Below are positions 7,349 through 16,629 of a DNA stretch of 62,384 nt, piece after piece. Position 1 is the stretch's first letter. Each line of letters opens with the position of its first letter. The notes beneath the pieces were generated by a model, which had not been told where the DNA came from, did not search any database, and saw only the letters and a program-made list of their open reading frames with translations. Position numbers and translations under genes: made by a program. The DNA is taken from IMG/VR virus record IMGVR_UViG_3300045988_062316. The stretch is one strand, 5' to 3'. This DNA is from a virus.

Positions 7349-8264
7349 ACTTGCCACACGAACGAACTGGCGGCAGCCCATCACCGGATACAAGTCCAAC
7401 AGTGGTGGACGCAAAGGCCGGAAACAAGCCGAAAAACCCACATTGACCGAACAGGGAATCGACGTTGACGAGTTCATCCGCGAAAACCACGCCCGCATAC
7501 AGCGGCTACGCGAAACCACGCCACGCAACCGTAAACCCGAACCCACATACCGGAAAGTCTACGAAACATGGCTGGAACAATCCAAAACAGGCCATCCATC
7601 AGAACGCAGCATAGCGAAAGCGTTGGGAAAAAGCGTCTCCACCATCCACCATCACGTCACGAACCTTGTACGTGACGGATACCTCGCCAAAGACACGATC
7701 CGCGAACGGGAATACGTGCTGACCGGCAAACCATTCAACCCCATCGGACAGGGAAAAGCGAAGCAATCACCGGACACGCTGGCCAGAATCCGTGAGGAAA
7801 CAGTCAGACTCCAAAACGAAGGCGTCGCATTCGACCCGGCTGAATACGCGCGGATCATCAGCGGACGTGTCGGCAAATCCAAGAAAACGGTACGCAACAA
7901 TTTCGCCACGCTCCGCAAGGAAGGCATACTGCCACCTGCTGAGAACCCGTTCGCCAGCCAACGGAAACCAAAACCAGAACCAGAACCGAAACCAGCCGCC
8001 AACAAGGAGGAACCAATGAGCCAGACAACCACACCGAAAATCACCCCGCGCGACATCACCACCACGGAAGTGGTACCGGAAAAACATTACGAGAATCCAC
8101 GCGCCATCATCGCGAACGCGCTGGTCGGCATCTACGACTCCATCTCCGCACTGCAACGCGCCGCATACCAAGCCAACGACAAAGTCGTTTACGGATTCGC
8201 CACAAAACTCATGAACGGCGAATTGATGGACATCAAGGCCAACTACAGCAAGGACACGAAATGA
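7341..8264 (+). CDS. Putative DNA-binding protein with two winged-helix-like segments
   Basis: Segments SIAKALGKSVSTIHHHVTNLVRDGYL and KKTVRNNFATLRKEGIL. 307 aa. Confidence 0.55.
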   Translation: MSELATRTNWRQPITGYKSNSGGRKGRKQAEKPTLTEQGIDVDEFIRENHARIQRLRETTPRNRKPEPTYRKVYETWLEQSKTGHPSERSIAKALGKSVSTIHHHVTNLVRDGYLAKDTIREREYVLTGKPFNPIGQGKAKQSPDTLARIREETVRLQNEGVAFDPAEYARIISGRVGKSKKTVRNNFATLRKEGILPPAENPFASQRKPKPEPEPKPAANKEEPMSQTTTPKITPRDITTTEVVPEKHYENPRAIIANALVGIYDSISALQRAAYQANDKVVYGFATKLMNGELMDIKANYSKDTK

Positions 8265-8419
8265 GACTCGATTTCAACAGCAAGGATGGCGTTTTCGCCA
8301 TCAAAGCCGAAAACGAAGAGGAAAAAACCCAGCTCAAAATGTCGGTGCCCGCCATCTGCGATCTCATCATCGATTTTTTCGATGCTGAAGTCCAGGAAAT
8401 GAAGGCGGCGAAGGAATGA
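8261..8419 (+). CDS. Small hypothetical protein (52 aa) flanked by a 39-bp imperfect duplication
   Basis: ATGA overlap with the upstream stop. Flanking copies lie at 8226-8264 and 8451-8489. Confidence 0.45.
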   Translation: MRLDFNSKDGVFAIKAENEEEKTQLKMSVPAICDLIIDFFDAEVQEMKAAKE

Positions 8420-8488
8420 AACGCATCCCACTCAAGGACACGGCGAACTCATGGATCTGAAAGCCAGCTACAGCAAGGAAAACAAGTA

Positions 8489-9046
8489 ATGGACAAGAAA
8501 ACCCTCAACGAAATCACCGAAAAATACGACAACACCAGTCCAGACCAACTCCGCGCCGACCTCGCCGTATTGACTGCGATCAACAAACGCAGCGGCGAAA
8601 TCCTCAAAATCATCAAAACCGCATGGGAACACGACCACGATGGTGGAGACAAGGAAACCGTCAACATCGCAGGCGTCGAAGCCGGAGAAATCAGCCTCGG
8701 CAAAGGCGGCAACGGCAAATACACGGTAACCGACGAACGCGCATACGGCGCATTATTGCACGACAACGATTTCATGATTCCAGGCGGACAGCCGGCAGCC
8801 GAACAAGTCTGGATGCCAAGACGTGAAGCAATGGACGCGAAATACCTCGAAGACATGATCCGCGACCACGACGGCGAACTGCCGGACGGCGTGGAATGGA
8901 AGACGGGAAGGCCGGGCGTGGTCACGTTCCGCAGCACGCGCGGCTTCGTGGACAAACTGTTCAGCGCGGAACTCGCACCAACCGTCATGCGCCTACTGCT
9001 CACTGACGGATCGAAAAACAACACCGGTAAGGAAACCAAGGAATGA
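8489..9046 (+). CDS. Hypothetical protein upstream of RecT (possibly Gp157-like)
   Basis: 185-aa ORF translationally coupled to recT. The family call is a weak recollection. Confidence 0.5.
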   Translation: MDKKTLNEITEKYDNTSPDQLRADLAVLTAINKRSGEILKIIKTAWEHDHDGGDKETVNIAGVEAGEISLGKGGNGKYTVTDERAYGALLHDNDFMIPGGQPAAEQVWMPRREAMDAKYLEDMIRDHDGELPDGVEWKTGRPGVVTFRSTRGFVDKLFSAELAPTVMRLLLTDGSKNNTGKETKE

Positions 9047-10035
9047 GCAACGAACTCACCATCCAAGACAATCAGGACGTATTCACGCAACGGCAACTGG
9101 CGGCGTTGGCTCAGATCGGCGTACAGGGAGCCACACCAGCCGACCTTGCCGTGTTCCTCCACCAATGCCAGCGCACCGGCCTTGACCCGTTCAACCGCCA
9201 GATCTACATGATAAACCGCCGTCAAAAAGACCAGAACGGCAATTATATGCTGAAGCAGACCATCCAAGTCGGCATCGATGGTTTCCGTACCATCGCGCGT
9301 CGCGCGGCGGACCGTAACCACGAGCTGTTCAGCGAGCCGGAAACCCTCTGGTGCGGCGAGGATGGCGTCTGGCATGACGTGTGGATTGCGCCGACCCCTC
9401 CGGTCGCAGCGAAGGTCACAGTCCGCCGTGGCGAAGGCGAGTTCACCGGCGTGGCTCTCTACCGCGAATACGTCGGAACTCGGTTCGACAAGTCAACTCA
9501 ACGTTATGTGCCGAACAGCATGTGGGCTTCTAAACCAGCCACGATGATTGCGAAATGCGCGGAAGCGTTGGCATTGCGCAAGGCATTCCCACAGGATTTG
9601 AGTGGCCTGTACACGGCTGACGAAACCGACATGGACGCCGTGCAGGCTGAGATCGTGGAAGAGGAAACCGCAGTCAGAAAAAGCTATGGCAGTCGCGCTA
9701 GACAGCGGAATCACGACGAACAGGCCGAGCGGCAGCCGCAGTCTTGCACGCCTGAACAGGCTGACGCCATTTTCACCATGCTGCGTGATTGCGGTGTCGC
9801 GTCGAACGAGGAAGCCGAGCAAGTGCTGTACCGGCTGACCGGCAAGCATGGATTGACGCCACGACAGGTCGGCCGGCAGGACGCGGACAATCTGCTCGTC
9901 GCGGCCCCTGATTTCGTTAAACGGAAAATCATGCAGGCATTGCAGGAAATCCGCAAACCACAGCGGGAACAGGTGGAAGTCGTTGACACGACCACCGCCG
10001 AACAGGAAAACACTGATAGCAAGGAGGCCGAGTGA
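9043..10035 (+). CDS. recT: RecT-family single-strand annealing recombinase
   Basis: [12 protein letters not shown] and [31 protein letters not shown] are typical RecT segments. Confidence 0.8.
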   Translation: MSNELTIQDNQDVFTQRQLAALAQIGVQGATPADLAVFLHQCQRTGLDPFNRQIYMINRRQKDQNGNYMLKQTIQVGIDGFRTIARRAADRNHELFSEPETLWCGEDGVWHDVWIAPTPPVAAKVTVRRGEGEFTGVALYREYVGTRFDKSTQRYVPNSMWASKPATMIAKCAEALALRKAFPQDLSGLYTADETDMDAVQAEIVEEETAVRKSYGSRARQRNHDEQAERQPQSCTPEQADAIFTMLRDCGVASNEEAEQVLYRLTGKHGLTPRQVGRQDADNLLVAAPDFVKRKIMQALQEIRKPQREQVEVVDTTTAEQENTDSKEAE

Positions 10036-10565
10036 TGGCCGGTGAGACCGTTATCACGATCATTGGGAATCTGACCGCCGATCCGGAATTGCGCACGACG
10101 TCCGCTGGCGCGCAGGTCGCGTCGTTCACGATCGCCAGCACGCCGCGCTCCTGGAACCGTAATACGGGCCAGTTTGAAGATGGTCAGGCTTTGTTCATGC
10201 GCTGTAGCGCGTGGCGTGATCTGGCTGAGCATTGTGCCAACAGTCTTGCGAAGGGCATGCGTGTGATAGCGCAGGGCAGGCTTACGCAACGTTCCTACGA
10301 GGCGAAGGATGGCGCGCAGCGCACGGTCGTGGAATTGCAGGTTGACGAGATCGGCCCATCGCTCAAGTATGCGACGGCGCAGGTGCAGAAGATGCAGTCA
10401 GGCGGATACCAGGGCGGCAACACCAATGGCGGTTTCGGCGGGAATGGCTATCAGCAGCCGCAGCAGGCACAGCAGCAGCCGCAGGGAGCCGACCCGTGGG
10501 CTGCGCCAACCGGCACGCCTGACAGTTTCGGCGGTTTCGGCGGAGCGCCGGAACCGGAGTTCTAA
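10032..10565 (+). CDS. ssb: Single-stranded DNA-binding protein
   Basis: OB-fold N-terminus [16 protein letters not shown]...FMRCSAWR. Gly/Gln-rich linker and acidic tip PEPEF. Confidence 0.85.
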   Translation: MMAGETVITIIGNLTADPELRTTSAGAQVASFTIASTPRSWNRNTGQFEDGQALFMRCSAWRDLAEHCANSLAKGMRVIAQGRLTQRSYEAKDGAQRTVVELQVDEIGPSLKYATAQVQKMQSGGYQGGNTNGGFGGNGYQQPQQAQQQPQGADPWAAPTGTPDSFGGFGGAPEPEF

Positions 10566-10712
10566 ATGGTGCCATTGGCAGGATACGACCCGCCAGCATG
10601 GTGCGAACGGCATGAGTGCCCCTACTACGGACGATCATGCCCCGAATGCGAGACGGAAACGGAAGACTACTACGCGGACATCGGCGACGCCAATGTCTGG
10701 GATTTGGAGTGA
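10566..10712 (+). CDS. Small Cys-rich protein (48 aa)
   Basis: The ORF fills the ssb-rusA gap. Contains CERHECPYYGRSCPEC. Confidence 0.4.
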   Translation: MVPLAGYDPPAWCERHECPYYGRSCPECETETEDYYADIGDANVWDLE

Positions 10713-10715
10713 ACA

Positions 10716-11228
10716 TTGTTCGATTTCGACGTTTACGGGGAACCGGTCGCGAAAGGCCGTCCAAGATTCTTCGGCACGCACGCCGTCACACCGGAACGCA
10801 CACGCACGCAGGAAGAACTGGTCGCAAGCGAATTCCTACGACACTACCCACAGGCGCAACCGTTGAAAGGCGAAGTCATGATGACAATCGTCTTCTACAA
10901 AAGCCGCCACGGCAAACCCGACTTGGACAATCTGGAAAAACTCGTCAAGGACGCGTTGAACGGACTCGCCTACACGGACGACCAGCAGATCAAACTCACC
11001 CTGTGCGCCATGCTCGAACCCGACCGCATGGCATTGGGCAAACGTGTGATCGGACTGGTGAAACGACGGCAGGGAATGCCATTGACATACGGCGGCATCG
11101 AATACGAGCCACACACGGGAATCCACATCGAACCATTGGGCGGAACCATCCACGACGGCATACGCCATGCCACGGAAAGCATGAAAGGACTATTGCATGA
11201 CGCGGGCAACGATGCGCGATATCGATGA
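10716..11228 (+). CDS. rusA: RusA-family Holliday junction resolvase
   Basis: GEPVAKGRPRF and PDLDNLEKLVKDALNGLAYTDDQQI. Confidence 0.8.
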   Translation: MFDFDVYGEPVAKGRPRFFGTHAVTPERTRTQEELVASEFLRHYPQAQPLKGEVMMTIVFYKSRHGKPDLDNLEKLVKDALNGLAYTDDQQIKLTLCAMLEPDRMALGKRVIGLVKRRQGMPLTYGGIEYEPHTGIHIEPLGGTIHDGIRHATESMKGLLHDAGNDARYR

Positions 11229-11649
11229 AATGGATTTCAACATCCAAGTCTGGGATTACATGAACTGGGCTTTGGGAGACAGGAACCTTGGTTTCGACAG
11301 GCGGTTGCATTGGATGGGCGAACCGGTCAACGTCACCACGTTCAAAAACGCGGACAAGCCGGTGTTGGAAATGTTGGACGAAGCCCGCACTGTCGCCGCG
11401 GACAACGACATGCGCGTCTGGGTTGTAGTCCAACACGTCACCGGCATGGATGTCACGGGAAGCCTCGTGCTGATTCCACCGGAAGCATGGACGCGACTCA
11501 GCCAACTCGACACAAACCGGGAACTCGACGGAATCCACTTTATCCAACTGGCTGTCGGCAACGGGCTGGGAGTGGTCAGCCTCTACCAGTTCGCACTGCT
11601 CATGAACCATTTCCAACCGCTCGGACCGGACGAATCGAAGGAGGTTTGA
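11197..11649 (+). CDS. Hypothetical protein
   Basis: 150-aa ORF in the early operon. Confidence 0.55.
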   Translation: MTRATMRDIDEMDFNIQVWDYMNWALGDRNLGFDRRLHWMGEPVNVTTFKNADKPVLEMLDEARTVAADNDMRVWVVVQHVTGMDVTGSLVLIPPEAWTRLSQLDTNRELDGIHFIQLAVGNGLGVVSLYQFALLMNHFQPLGPDESKEV

Positions 11650-11650
11650 C

Positions 11651-12019
11651 ATGGTTGAAATCCGCCAATCCTCCTACATGTGGCAGAACGTGAAACTCAA
11701 CCGCATACAAGCCGTCCTGCTGGTGGCATTGGTGCGTGACGGACGATTGCCGGACGTGGACTGCGAATGGTCGAAACAGTATCGGACGATCGACGCTTTG
11801 GAGGCGCGCGGACTGCTTGTCAAGCATGATGACGGACTGGTGGAGCCTACCGGTTTCGGACGTGAATACGTTGACCACATCCTCACGCCGGTGGAGACGC
11901 ATAGCACGGCGACATCCAAAAGATTCAACAAGTACTGGAACGACCAGTACGCGCATCCGAAAACATACCACTACAAGCCGGAACGGTTGCGCGTGGTGTG
12001 CGCTAGGGGAGCGGAATGA
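11651..12019 (+). CDS. Hypothetical winged-helix-like protein
   Basis: 122 aa. Segment IDALEARGLLVKHDDGLVEPT. Confidence 0.5.
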   Translation: MVEIRQSSYMWQNVKLNRIQAVLLVALVRDGRLPDVDCEWSKQYRTIDALEARGLLVKHDDGLVEPTGFGREYVDHILTPVETHSTATSKRFNKYWNDQYAHPKTYHYKPERLRVVCARGAE

Positions 12020-12053
12020 GACATCAGCAAACCATCATCGACAAGGACAGATC

Positions 12054-12203
12054 ATGAAACACAACGAACCGGAAACCATGTGCAGCCTGGAATGGTTGGA
12101 ACACGAACGCCGCAAAGCATGGCAGGAAGGCTACGCGGCCGGATGGAAAGACCAGGAATGCGACTTCCCGCAATATACAAGCGAAAACCCATACAAGGAG
12201 TAG
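12054..12203 (+). CDS. Small hypothetical protein (49 aa)
   Basis: ATG-initiated tail of ORF 11736..12203. Confidence 0.4.
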   Translation: MKHNEPETMCSLEWLEHERRKAWQEGYAAGWKDQECDFPQYTSENPYKE

Positions 12204-12207
12204 GCAA

Positions 12208-12351
12208 ATGAAGAAAATCCTCGAAAACATGATCATCAAATGGCATCAGGCGGGATACGCGCTCGACGAGATCGCGCCACTCGTGCCACAAGTGCCCAAA
12301 GCCGAAATCGCGGCCATCATCCACCAGTGCGATAAGGAGAACGTCGAATGA
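12208..12351 (+). CDS. Small hypothetical protein (47 aa)
   Basis: ORF found by reading (MKKILENMIIKWHQAGY...). Tightly packed between neighbours. Confidence 0.4.
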   Translation: MKKILENMIIKWHQAGYALDEIAPLVPQVPKAEIAAIIHQCDKENVE

Positions 12352-12437
12352 AATACAACCCGTTTGGAATCGTGTTCGGCATCGTGTTGACGGTCTGCCT
12401 GTGTGTCGCACCGATCATCATATTCGCAATCAGTTAA
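12348..12437 (+). CDS. Tiny membrane peptide (29 aa)
   Basis: ATGA overlap with the upstream gene. Hydrophobic FGIVFGIVLTVCLCVAPIIIFAI. Confidence 0.3.
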   Translation: MKYNPFGIVFGIVLTVCLCVAPIIIFAIS

Positions 12438-12449
12438 GGAGTCCTAAAA

Positions 12450-12818
12450 ATGAGTGACAACGTCAATCATCCAAAGCATTACGAGAGCGGCCCGTTCGAA
12501 TGCATCGAACTGACCCGCCTGTTGAGTTTCGACTGGGGCAACGTGGTCAAATACTGCTACCGCTGGCAGTCTAAGAACGGCATCGAAGACTTGAGGAAGG
12601 CGCTCTGGTATGCGAACGATGCGGTGATACACGGCATACCGCTCTATGCCGACACCAATCTGTCCGGCCTGTGCAATGCATTGTTCTCCGCTCTCGTGAA
12701 CGTCGATTGGGCAGGACTCAGATGCGTTTGGTGGGCATTCGCGAACAACTGTCCGAAGCGAGACATTCTAACGGCCATCAAGAACAAGATCAACGAAATT
12801 GAAAAGGAAGGAAAGTAA
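12450..12818 (+). CDS. DUF3310-family phage protein
   Basis: NHPKHYESGPFECIELTR...NVVKYCYRWQSKNG matches my recollection of DUF3310. Confidence 0.65.
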   Translation: MSDNVNHPKHYESGPFECIELTRLLSFDWGNVVKYCYRWQSKNGIEDLRKALWYANDAVIHGIPLYADTNLSGLCNALFSALVNVDWAGLRCVWWAFANNCPKRDILTAIKNKINEIEKEGK

Positions 12819-12820
12819 TC

Positions 12821-13132
12821 ATGGAACACATCGTGCAGTTCGCCATCGGCATTGACGACAAGGCCATTCAGAACCGCATCGAGGAACACGCCTACGCGGA
12901 CGTGCTCGCCAAGCTCACCAAAAACGCCGTGGACAGTGTTTTCGCGCACACGAACGCGTATTCGCGGAACATCATGTGGAAGACCTTGATGGAGGACGCT
13001 TTGCAAAGCTTCCTCGAAGAACGCAAGGACGAGATTATCGACAAGGCCGCGAACATGCTCGCAGACCGGTTCCAACGGACGAAGAAGTATCGGGAAGCCA
13101 TGGGTGCTGTCATCGAAAAGGACGGTGAATGA
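12821..13132 (+). CDS. Hypothetical protein
   Basis: 103-aa ORF. Confidence 0.55.
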   Translation: MEHIVQFAIGIDDKAIQNRIEEHAYADVLAKLTKNAVDSVFAHTNAYSRNIMWKTLMEDALQSFLEERKDEIIDKAANMLADRFQRTKKYREAMGAVIEKDGE

Positions 13133-13350
13133 TGGGCGGATTGGGCGAGGTTGATAAAGCTCTGATTGTCGCGTTCGCGGTGGTCATCGCCATAGCCCTT
13201 TTGTCTGGACTCGGCCTCTACGCGTCTTGGTATACAGCCACGTATCACGATTACGGCATGACGACGGTCAAGACCGGCGACGTGACATGGGTCTGTCTGA
13301 CTGACCGTGGCACGACCATCGGCTGCGACACGGTGGAGGAATACCGGTGA
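13129..13350 (+). CDS. Small membrane protein
   Basis: Hydrophobic ALIVAFAVVIAIALLSGLGLY. ATGA overlap with the upstream gene. Confidence 0.5.
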   Translation: MMGGLGEVDKALIVAFAVVIAIALLSGLGLYASWYTATYHDYGMTTVKTGDVTWVCLTDRGTTIGCDTVEEYR

Positions 13351-13664
13351 ACGGCATGGGCGTTGGGTACAAGCATCTTGACCAGTTGCGTGATCTCGCG
13401 CAGAACGAAGGAGATAAAAGTAGTCGAATTCGACCACTTTTAGACGGCATGGGCACGTTGCATACAAGCATCTTGACCGGCTACATCATCTGGCCGAAAG
13501 GTGACATGAGACTGCACACATGCCGAGTGTACAAGACGCTCCAAGAGGCATCGGATGCGGCACAGGAGCACGCCGACTTCCACCACAGGCCGTACGAGGT
13601 GCGCGTAACCTGCGATACTTCGCAGCGGATTATTAAGACCTTCGAGCCAAGGAAAAGCAAGTGA
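13347..13664 (+). CDS. Hypothetical protein
   Basis: 105-aa ORF (GTG start) with overlapping coupling. Confidence 0.5.
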   Translation: MNGMGVGYKHLDQLRDLAQNEGDKSSRIRPLLDGMGTLHTSILTGYIIWPKGDMRLHTCRVYKTLQEASDAAQEHADFHHRPYEVRVTCDTSQRIIKTFEPRKSK

Positions 13665-13876
13665 GCGTCAACAGTGAGGAAAAGAAGTACTGGCAATGGG
13701 TGTCCTCCCTCATGCTTGACATGGCTGAAGATCAGAGAATCTACCGGCAGGCGCGCATCAAATCGTCTGGAGCATTGAACCAGACCATCAAACGCATCGG
13801 AAGGGAGAATCTGCCCGACTGGATGCTGGAGAAATACATGGAGCAACCACCGAACCAAGGAGACGGTAATGAATGA
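13661..13876 (+). CDS. Hypothetical protein
   Basis: 71-aa ORF. Confidence 0.45.
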   Translation: MSVNSEEKKYWQWVSSLMLDMAEDQRIYRQARIKSSGALNQTIKRIGRENLPDWMLEKYMEQPPNQGDGNE

Positions 13877-14135
13877 AGAAATACGAGTGGGAACCACCCG
13901 TATCACACTCCATGTGACGGCGTTCTACCCGCCGATGGATATTGCGGAAGCTCGTGTGGACGTACCGATCTACGTGACCACCGGCGAAACGATTGGAAAC
14001 CACGGAAAAGGCAGCGTCCCAGCCCACGTGCAGCAGGATTTCGACAAGAAGGTGGAGCACGCATTGCAAGTGTTCGCCGACACGTTGGAAGCATCATTCA
14101 AGGAGGAGTCCACGAATGTTCAACAGAAAGCATAG
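13869..14135 (+). CDS. Hypothetical protein
   Basis: 88-aa ORF. Confidence 0.5.
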   Translation: MNEEIRVGTTRITLHVTAFYPPMDIAEARVDVPIYVTTGETIGNHGKGSVPAHVQQDFDKKVEHALQVFADTLEASFKEESTNVQQKA

Positions 14136-14385
14136 GAAAGTCCGATACGTCAAATGCCCATACTGCGGCAAAAGCCCAGTCATCATAGAAGGCCGCAGCA
14201 TCACGGACAAGAACAAGATCGTCATGCACTACGAGTGCCCAAACAACCATCTGGCCACCGGCGACACGCCATATCCAAGCGAAGCATTGAACCTTTGGCT
14301 TCTCGCAGTCGGCAAGGTGCTGAAAGTCGATGACGTGATATGTGACTACTTCGCCAAACAGCAAAAGAAGGAGACAGGACGATGA
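14116..14385 (+). CDS. Lar-like restriction-alleviation zinc-ribbon protein
   Basis: ATG after AAGGAGGAG. CPYCG...HYECPNNH...ALNLW follows the Lar-family pattern (CPxCG ... C..C ... W). Confidence 0.45.
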   Translation: MFNRKHRKVRYVKCPYCGKSPVIIEGRSITDKNKIVMHYECPNNHLATGDTPYPSEALNLWLLAVGKVLKVDDVICDYFAKQQKKETGR

Positions 14386-14648
14386 CCGAGCATGAGGAAT
14401 ACTGCGTGAGCATCCGCAAATCCTACATAATGCCCGACCACACGCTGGAAGGATACACGGTGACGTTATGGAGGTGGAACAGTCCCGACGAAACATGGTG
14501 GTATGCGGCTATACGCGACTACCTGTTCGCGGACTACAACGGCAACCGCAGGAAGACGTTGCGGCAGGCGAGACGGGACGCTAGAAAACTCGCCGGAATA
14601 TTCAACTGCACCAACCATGACACCAACGAGGAAGGAATGTGGCAATGA
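14382..14648 (+). CDS. Hypothetical protein
   Basis: 88-aa ORF. Confidence 0.5.
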   Translation: MTEHEEYCVSIRKSYIMPDHTLEGYTVTLWRWNSPDETWWYAAIRDYLFADYNGNRRKTLRQARRDARKLAGIFNCTNHDTNEEGMWQ

Positions 14649-15151
14649 GCGTGCTATACCACGGTGGGGTTCCAGACCTGAAACCCGGCGACACCATCGA
14701 ACCGGGGCACAGTCGAGACAATTACGACGATTGCCCCATCTGCCGCGCCAGACGCGAAAAAGGCGCGTCGGCCATCGAAGGCACCGGCCACCCGGAACAG
14801 GTGTACTGCACCAGATACCGCGACTACGCCGCATTCTACGCGTCAATGTACGGCAAAGGCGACGTGTATCAAGTGCGTCCGGTCGGAGAACTCGAAGCCT
14901 CCATCGACGAGGATTTCGACGGCTGCTACCGATGCGACAGGCTGGTGGTTGTCAGGGCCGTCGAAAGACACGTCACCCTCACTCCGAAACGTCGCCGGAA
15001 GGTCATCCGGCTCATGCAGCGTTTGGAGGGTGGCATATGCCTGAACCCGCTGCCACGAAACGCCACCCCGGAAATGATCGAACGTTGGGCGGCACGAGAA
15101 TACGCCGACATGCGGCACATCATGCGCGAAGCCGAAAGGAGCATCAAATGA
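14645..15151 (+). CDS. Arr-like (rifampin ADP-ribosyltransferase fold) protein with an inserted CPIC zinc-ribbon-like segment
   Basis: LYHGG.PDLKPGDTIEPG, VYCT...AAFYA and GKGDVYQVRPVGELE...YRC..LVVVRAVE align by eye with M. smegmatis Arr motifs (YHGT..L..GD, IYF, IYIVEPTGPFE, YRT..LRIVG). Confidence 0.55.
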   Translation: MSVLYHGGVPDLKPGDTIEPGHSRDNYDDCPICRARREKGASAIEGTGHPEQVYCTRYRDYAAFYASMYGKGDVYQVRPVGELEASIDEDFDGCYRCDRLVVVRAVERHVTLTPKRRRKVIRLMQRLEGGICLNPLPRNATPEMIERWAAREYADMRHIMREAERSIK

Positions 15152-15294
15152 GCATAAGAGTGGGAACAACCTACTTGGCGATATGCGACTATCCGGGCTG
15201 TTACCTGGGGTACGAATTCTGGGAACCAACCAAGAAAGCCGCAATCAGTGACATTATCGACGATGACGAATACAAGGGGAATGATACGAAATGA
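15148..15294 (+). CDS. Small hypothetical protein (48 aa)
   Basis: ATGA overlap with the upstream gene. It is the C-terminal part of an otherwise spurious 263-aa ORF. Confidence 0.4.
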   Translation: MSIRVGTTYLAICDYPGCYLGYEFWEPTKKAAISDIIDDDEYKGNDTK

Positions 15295-15836
15295 GCAGTC
15301 AATACAAGGTTCGCGCGCTGTATTGGAGTTACCACGACGGCTACTATCTCTTAAAACACCAGGGGGAGCTTGAAGATTTACTGAACGATGGTTGGGAGAT
15401 TTCACGGGTGGATGCCATATCGCCAACGAATTTTCCATCTGGCGCATTCGGCGCCACGAACGTCTACGTTCTCGAAAAGCAAAGCGAGGAAAAGCAAAGC
15501 GAGGACACGAAAAAGAGCAGTGTGTCAGAATTCCCCCCGCATGACATGGGTCTACGTGTGGGAATCCTCCCGCATGACATGGGTCTACGTGTGGAACTCG
15601 ACACGAACGGAACATACTACCTGAAAAGCGGATGGAAAGAACACTGCGACTGGATTTATGGGCTTGCTTGGAGGTATACGGATGGTTCCGGCATCGTATC
15701 CGCTTCACGGCCTGACAATCCTGTTCCCATCGCAATCATGAATAGCCACGTGAGGCTAGCAACCTCATTCGATGAACACGAAACCGGAACCACCAAGCAA
15801 AGCGAGGACACGAACATGAAGGAGACAAATCGATGA
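15291..15836 (+). CDS. Hypothetical protein with internal in-frame repeats
   Basis: 181 aa. Contains EKQSE x2, PHDMGLRV x2 and a third KQSEDT. Confidence 0.6.
   Translation: MSSQYKVRALYWSYHDGYYLLKHQGELEDLLNDGWEISRVDAISPTNFPSGAFGATNVYVLEKQSEEKQSEDTKKSSVSEFPPHDMGLRVGILPHDMGLRVELDTNGTYYLKSGWKEHCDWIYGLAWRYTDGSGIVSASRPDNPVPIAIMNSHVRLATSFDEHETGTTKQSEDTNMKETNR
15537..15602 (+). repeat. 33-bp in-frame tandem repeat x2
   Basis: ccgcatgacatgggtctacgtgtgg occurs at 15537 and 15570 (26 identical nt). Confidence 0.9.
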
Positions 15837-16147
15837 ACGGCGATAAGCAGCATGCGGTGTGGCGTGAAAGCATCGAGAAATACGGCAAGGAGACGCAAAG
15901 CATCGTCTGCATGGAAGAATGCTCCGAACTCATCCAAGCCGTCAGCAAGCGTCTTCGAGGCAAGCCCGGTGCTACCGACAATCTTGCGGAGGAAATGGCC
16001 GACGTGATCATCTGCCTGTACCTGCTCAAGGAAATGTACGACATCACCGACGAGCAGTTAAATGAATGGATCGCACGCAAGACGGCAAGGCAATCCAAGC
16101 GAATGCAAGCCGATGACCCATTCCTGGAAGGCAAGGACGCGGAATGA
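15833..16147 (+). CDS. MazG-like nucleotide pyrophosphohydrolase
   Basis: EECSELIQAVSKRLRGK...LAEEMADVIICL follows the EExxE...ExxD pattern. Confidence 0.7.
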   Translation: MNGDKQHAVWRESIEKYGKETQSIVCMEECSELIQAVSKRLRGKPGATDNLAEEMADVIICLYLLKEMYDITDEQLNEWIARKTARQSKRMQADDPFLEGKDAE

Positions 16148-16629
16148 GCGCGTACCAACCTGTTCTTGACCCTGCTTGCGGCGGGCGAATGTTCTGGTTC
16201 GACAAGTCAGACAGCCGTGTGCTCTTCGGTGACGTGCGCGACGAAAGTTGGGAACTATGTGACGGACGCAGATTCGAAGTCAAGCCGGACATGCTGATGG
16301 ACTACCGCGATCTGCCGTTCCCGGATGAGACGTTCCGTATGGTCGTGCTCGACCCACCACACTTGCGCAATGCGGGAGAGACGAGCTACATGGCGCAGAA
16401 ATACGGATGCCTCGACCAAGAGACATGGAAAAACGACCTTAAGACCATGTTCAGCGAATGCTTTCGCGTATTGCAGCCTTGCGGAACGCTGATTTTCAAG
16501 TGGAATGAGACGCAGATACCCGTCTCTCAGATTCTCAAGCTCACTGACCATAAGCCGCTCTTCGGCAACAAACAGCCGAACCGCACCGGAACACATTGGA
16601 TCGTCTTCATTAAGGAGGATACGGAATGA
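16144..16629 (+). CDS. Small SAM-dependent DNA methyltransferase (DPPH motif; N6-A or N4-C type)
   Basis: VLDPACGGRMF (motif I-like) and MVVLDPPH (motif IV). Confidence 0.6.
   Translation: MSAYQPVLDPACGGRMFWFDKSDSRVLFGDVRDESWELCDGRRFEVKPDMLMDYRDLPFPDETFRMVVLDPPHLRNAGETSYMAQKYGCLDQETWKNDLKTMFSECFRVLQPCGTLIFKWNETQIPVSQILKLTDHKPLFGNKQPNRTGTHWIVFIKEDTE

Noticed and set aside
14503-15294. 263-aa Arg-rich ORF
   Set aside because: It is out of frame across the Arr-like gene. Only its last 48 codons, after an ATGA coupling site, look like a real small gene.
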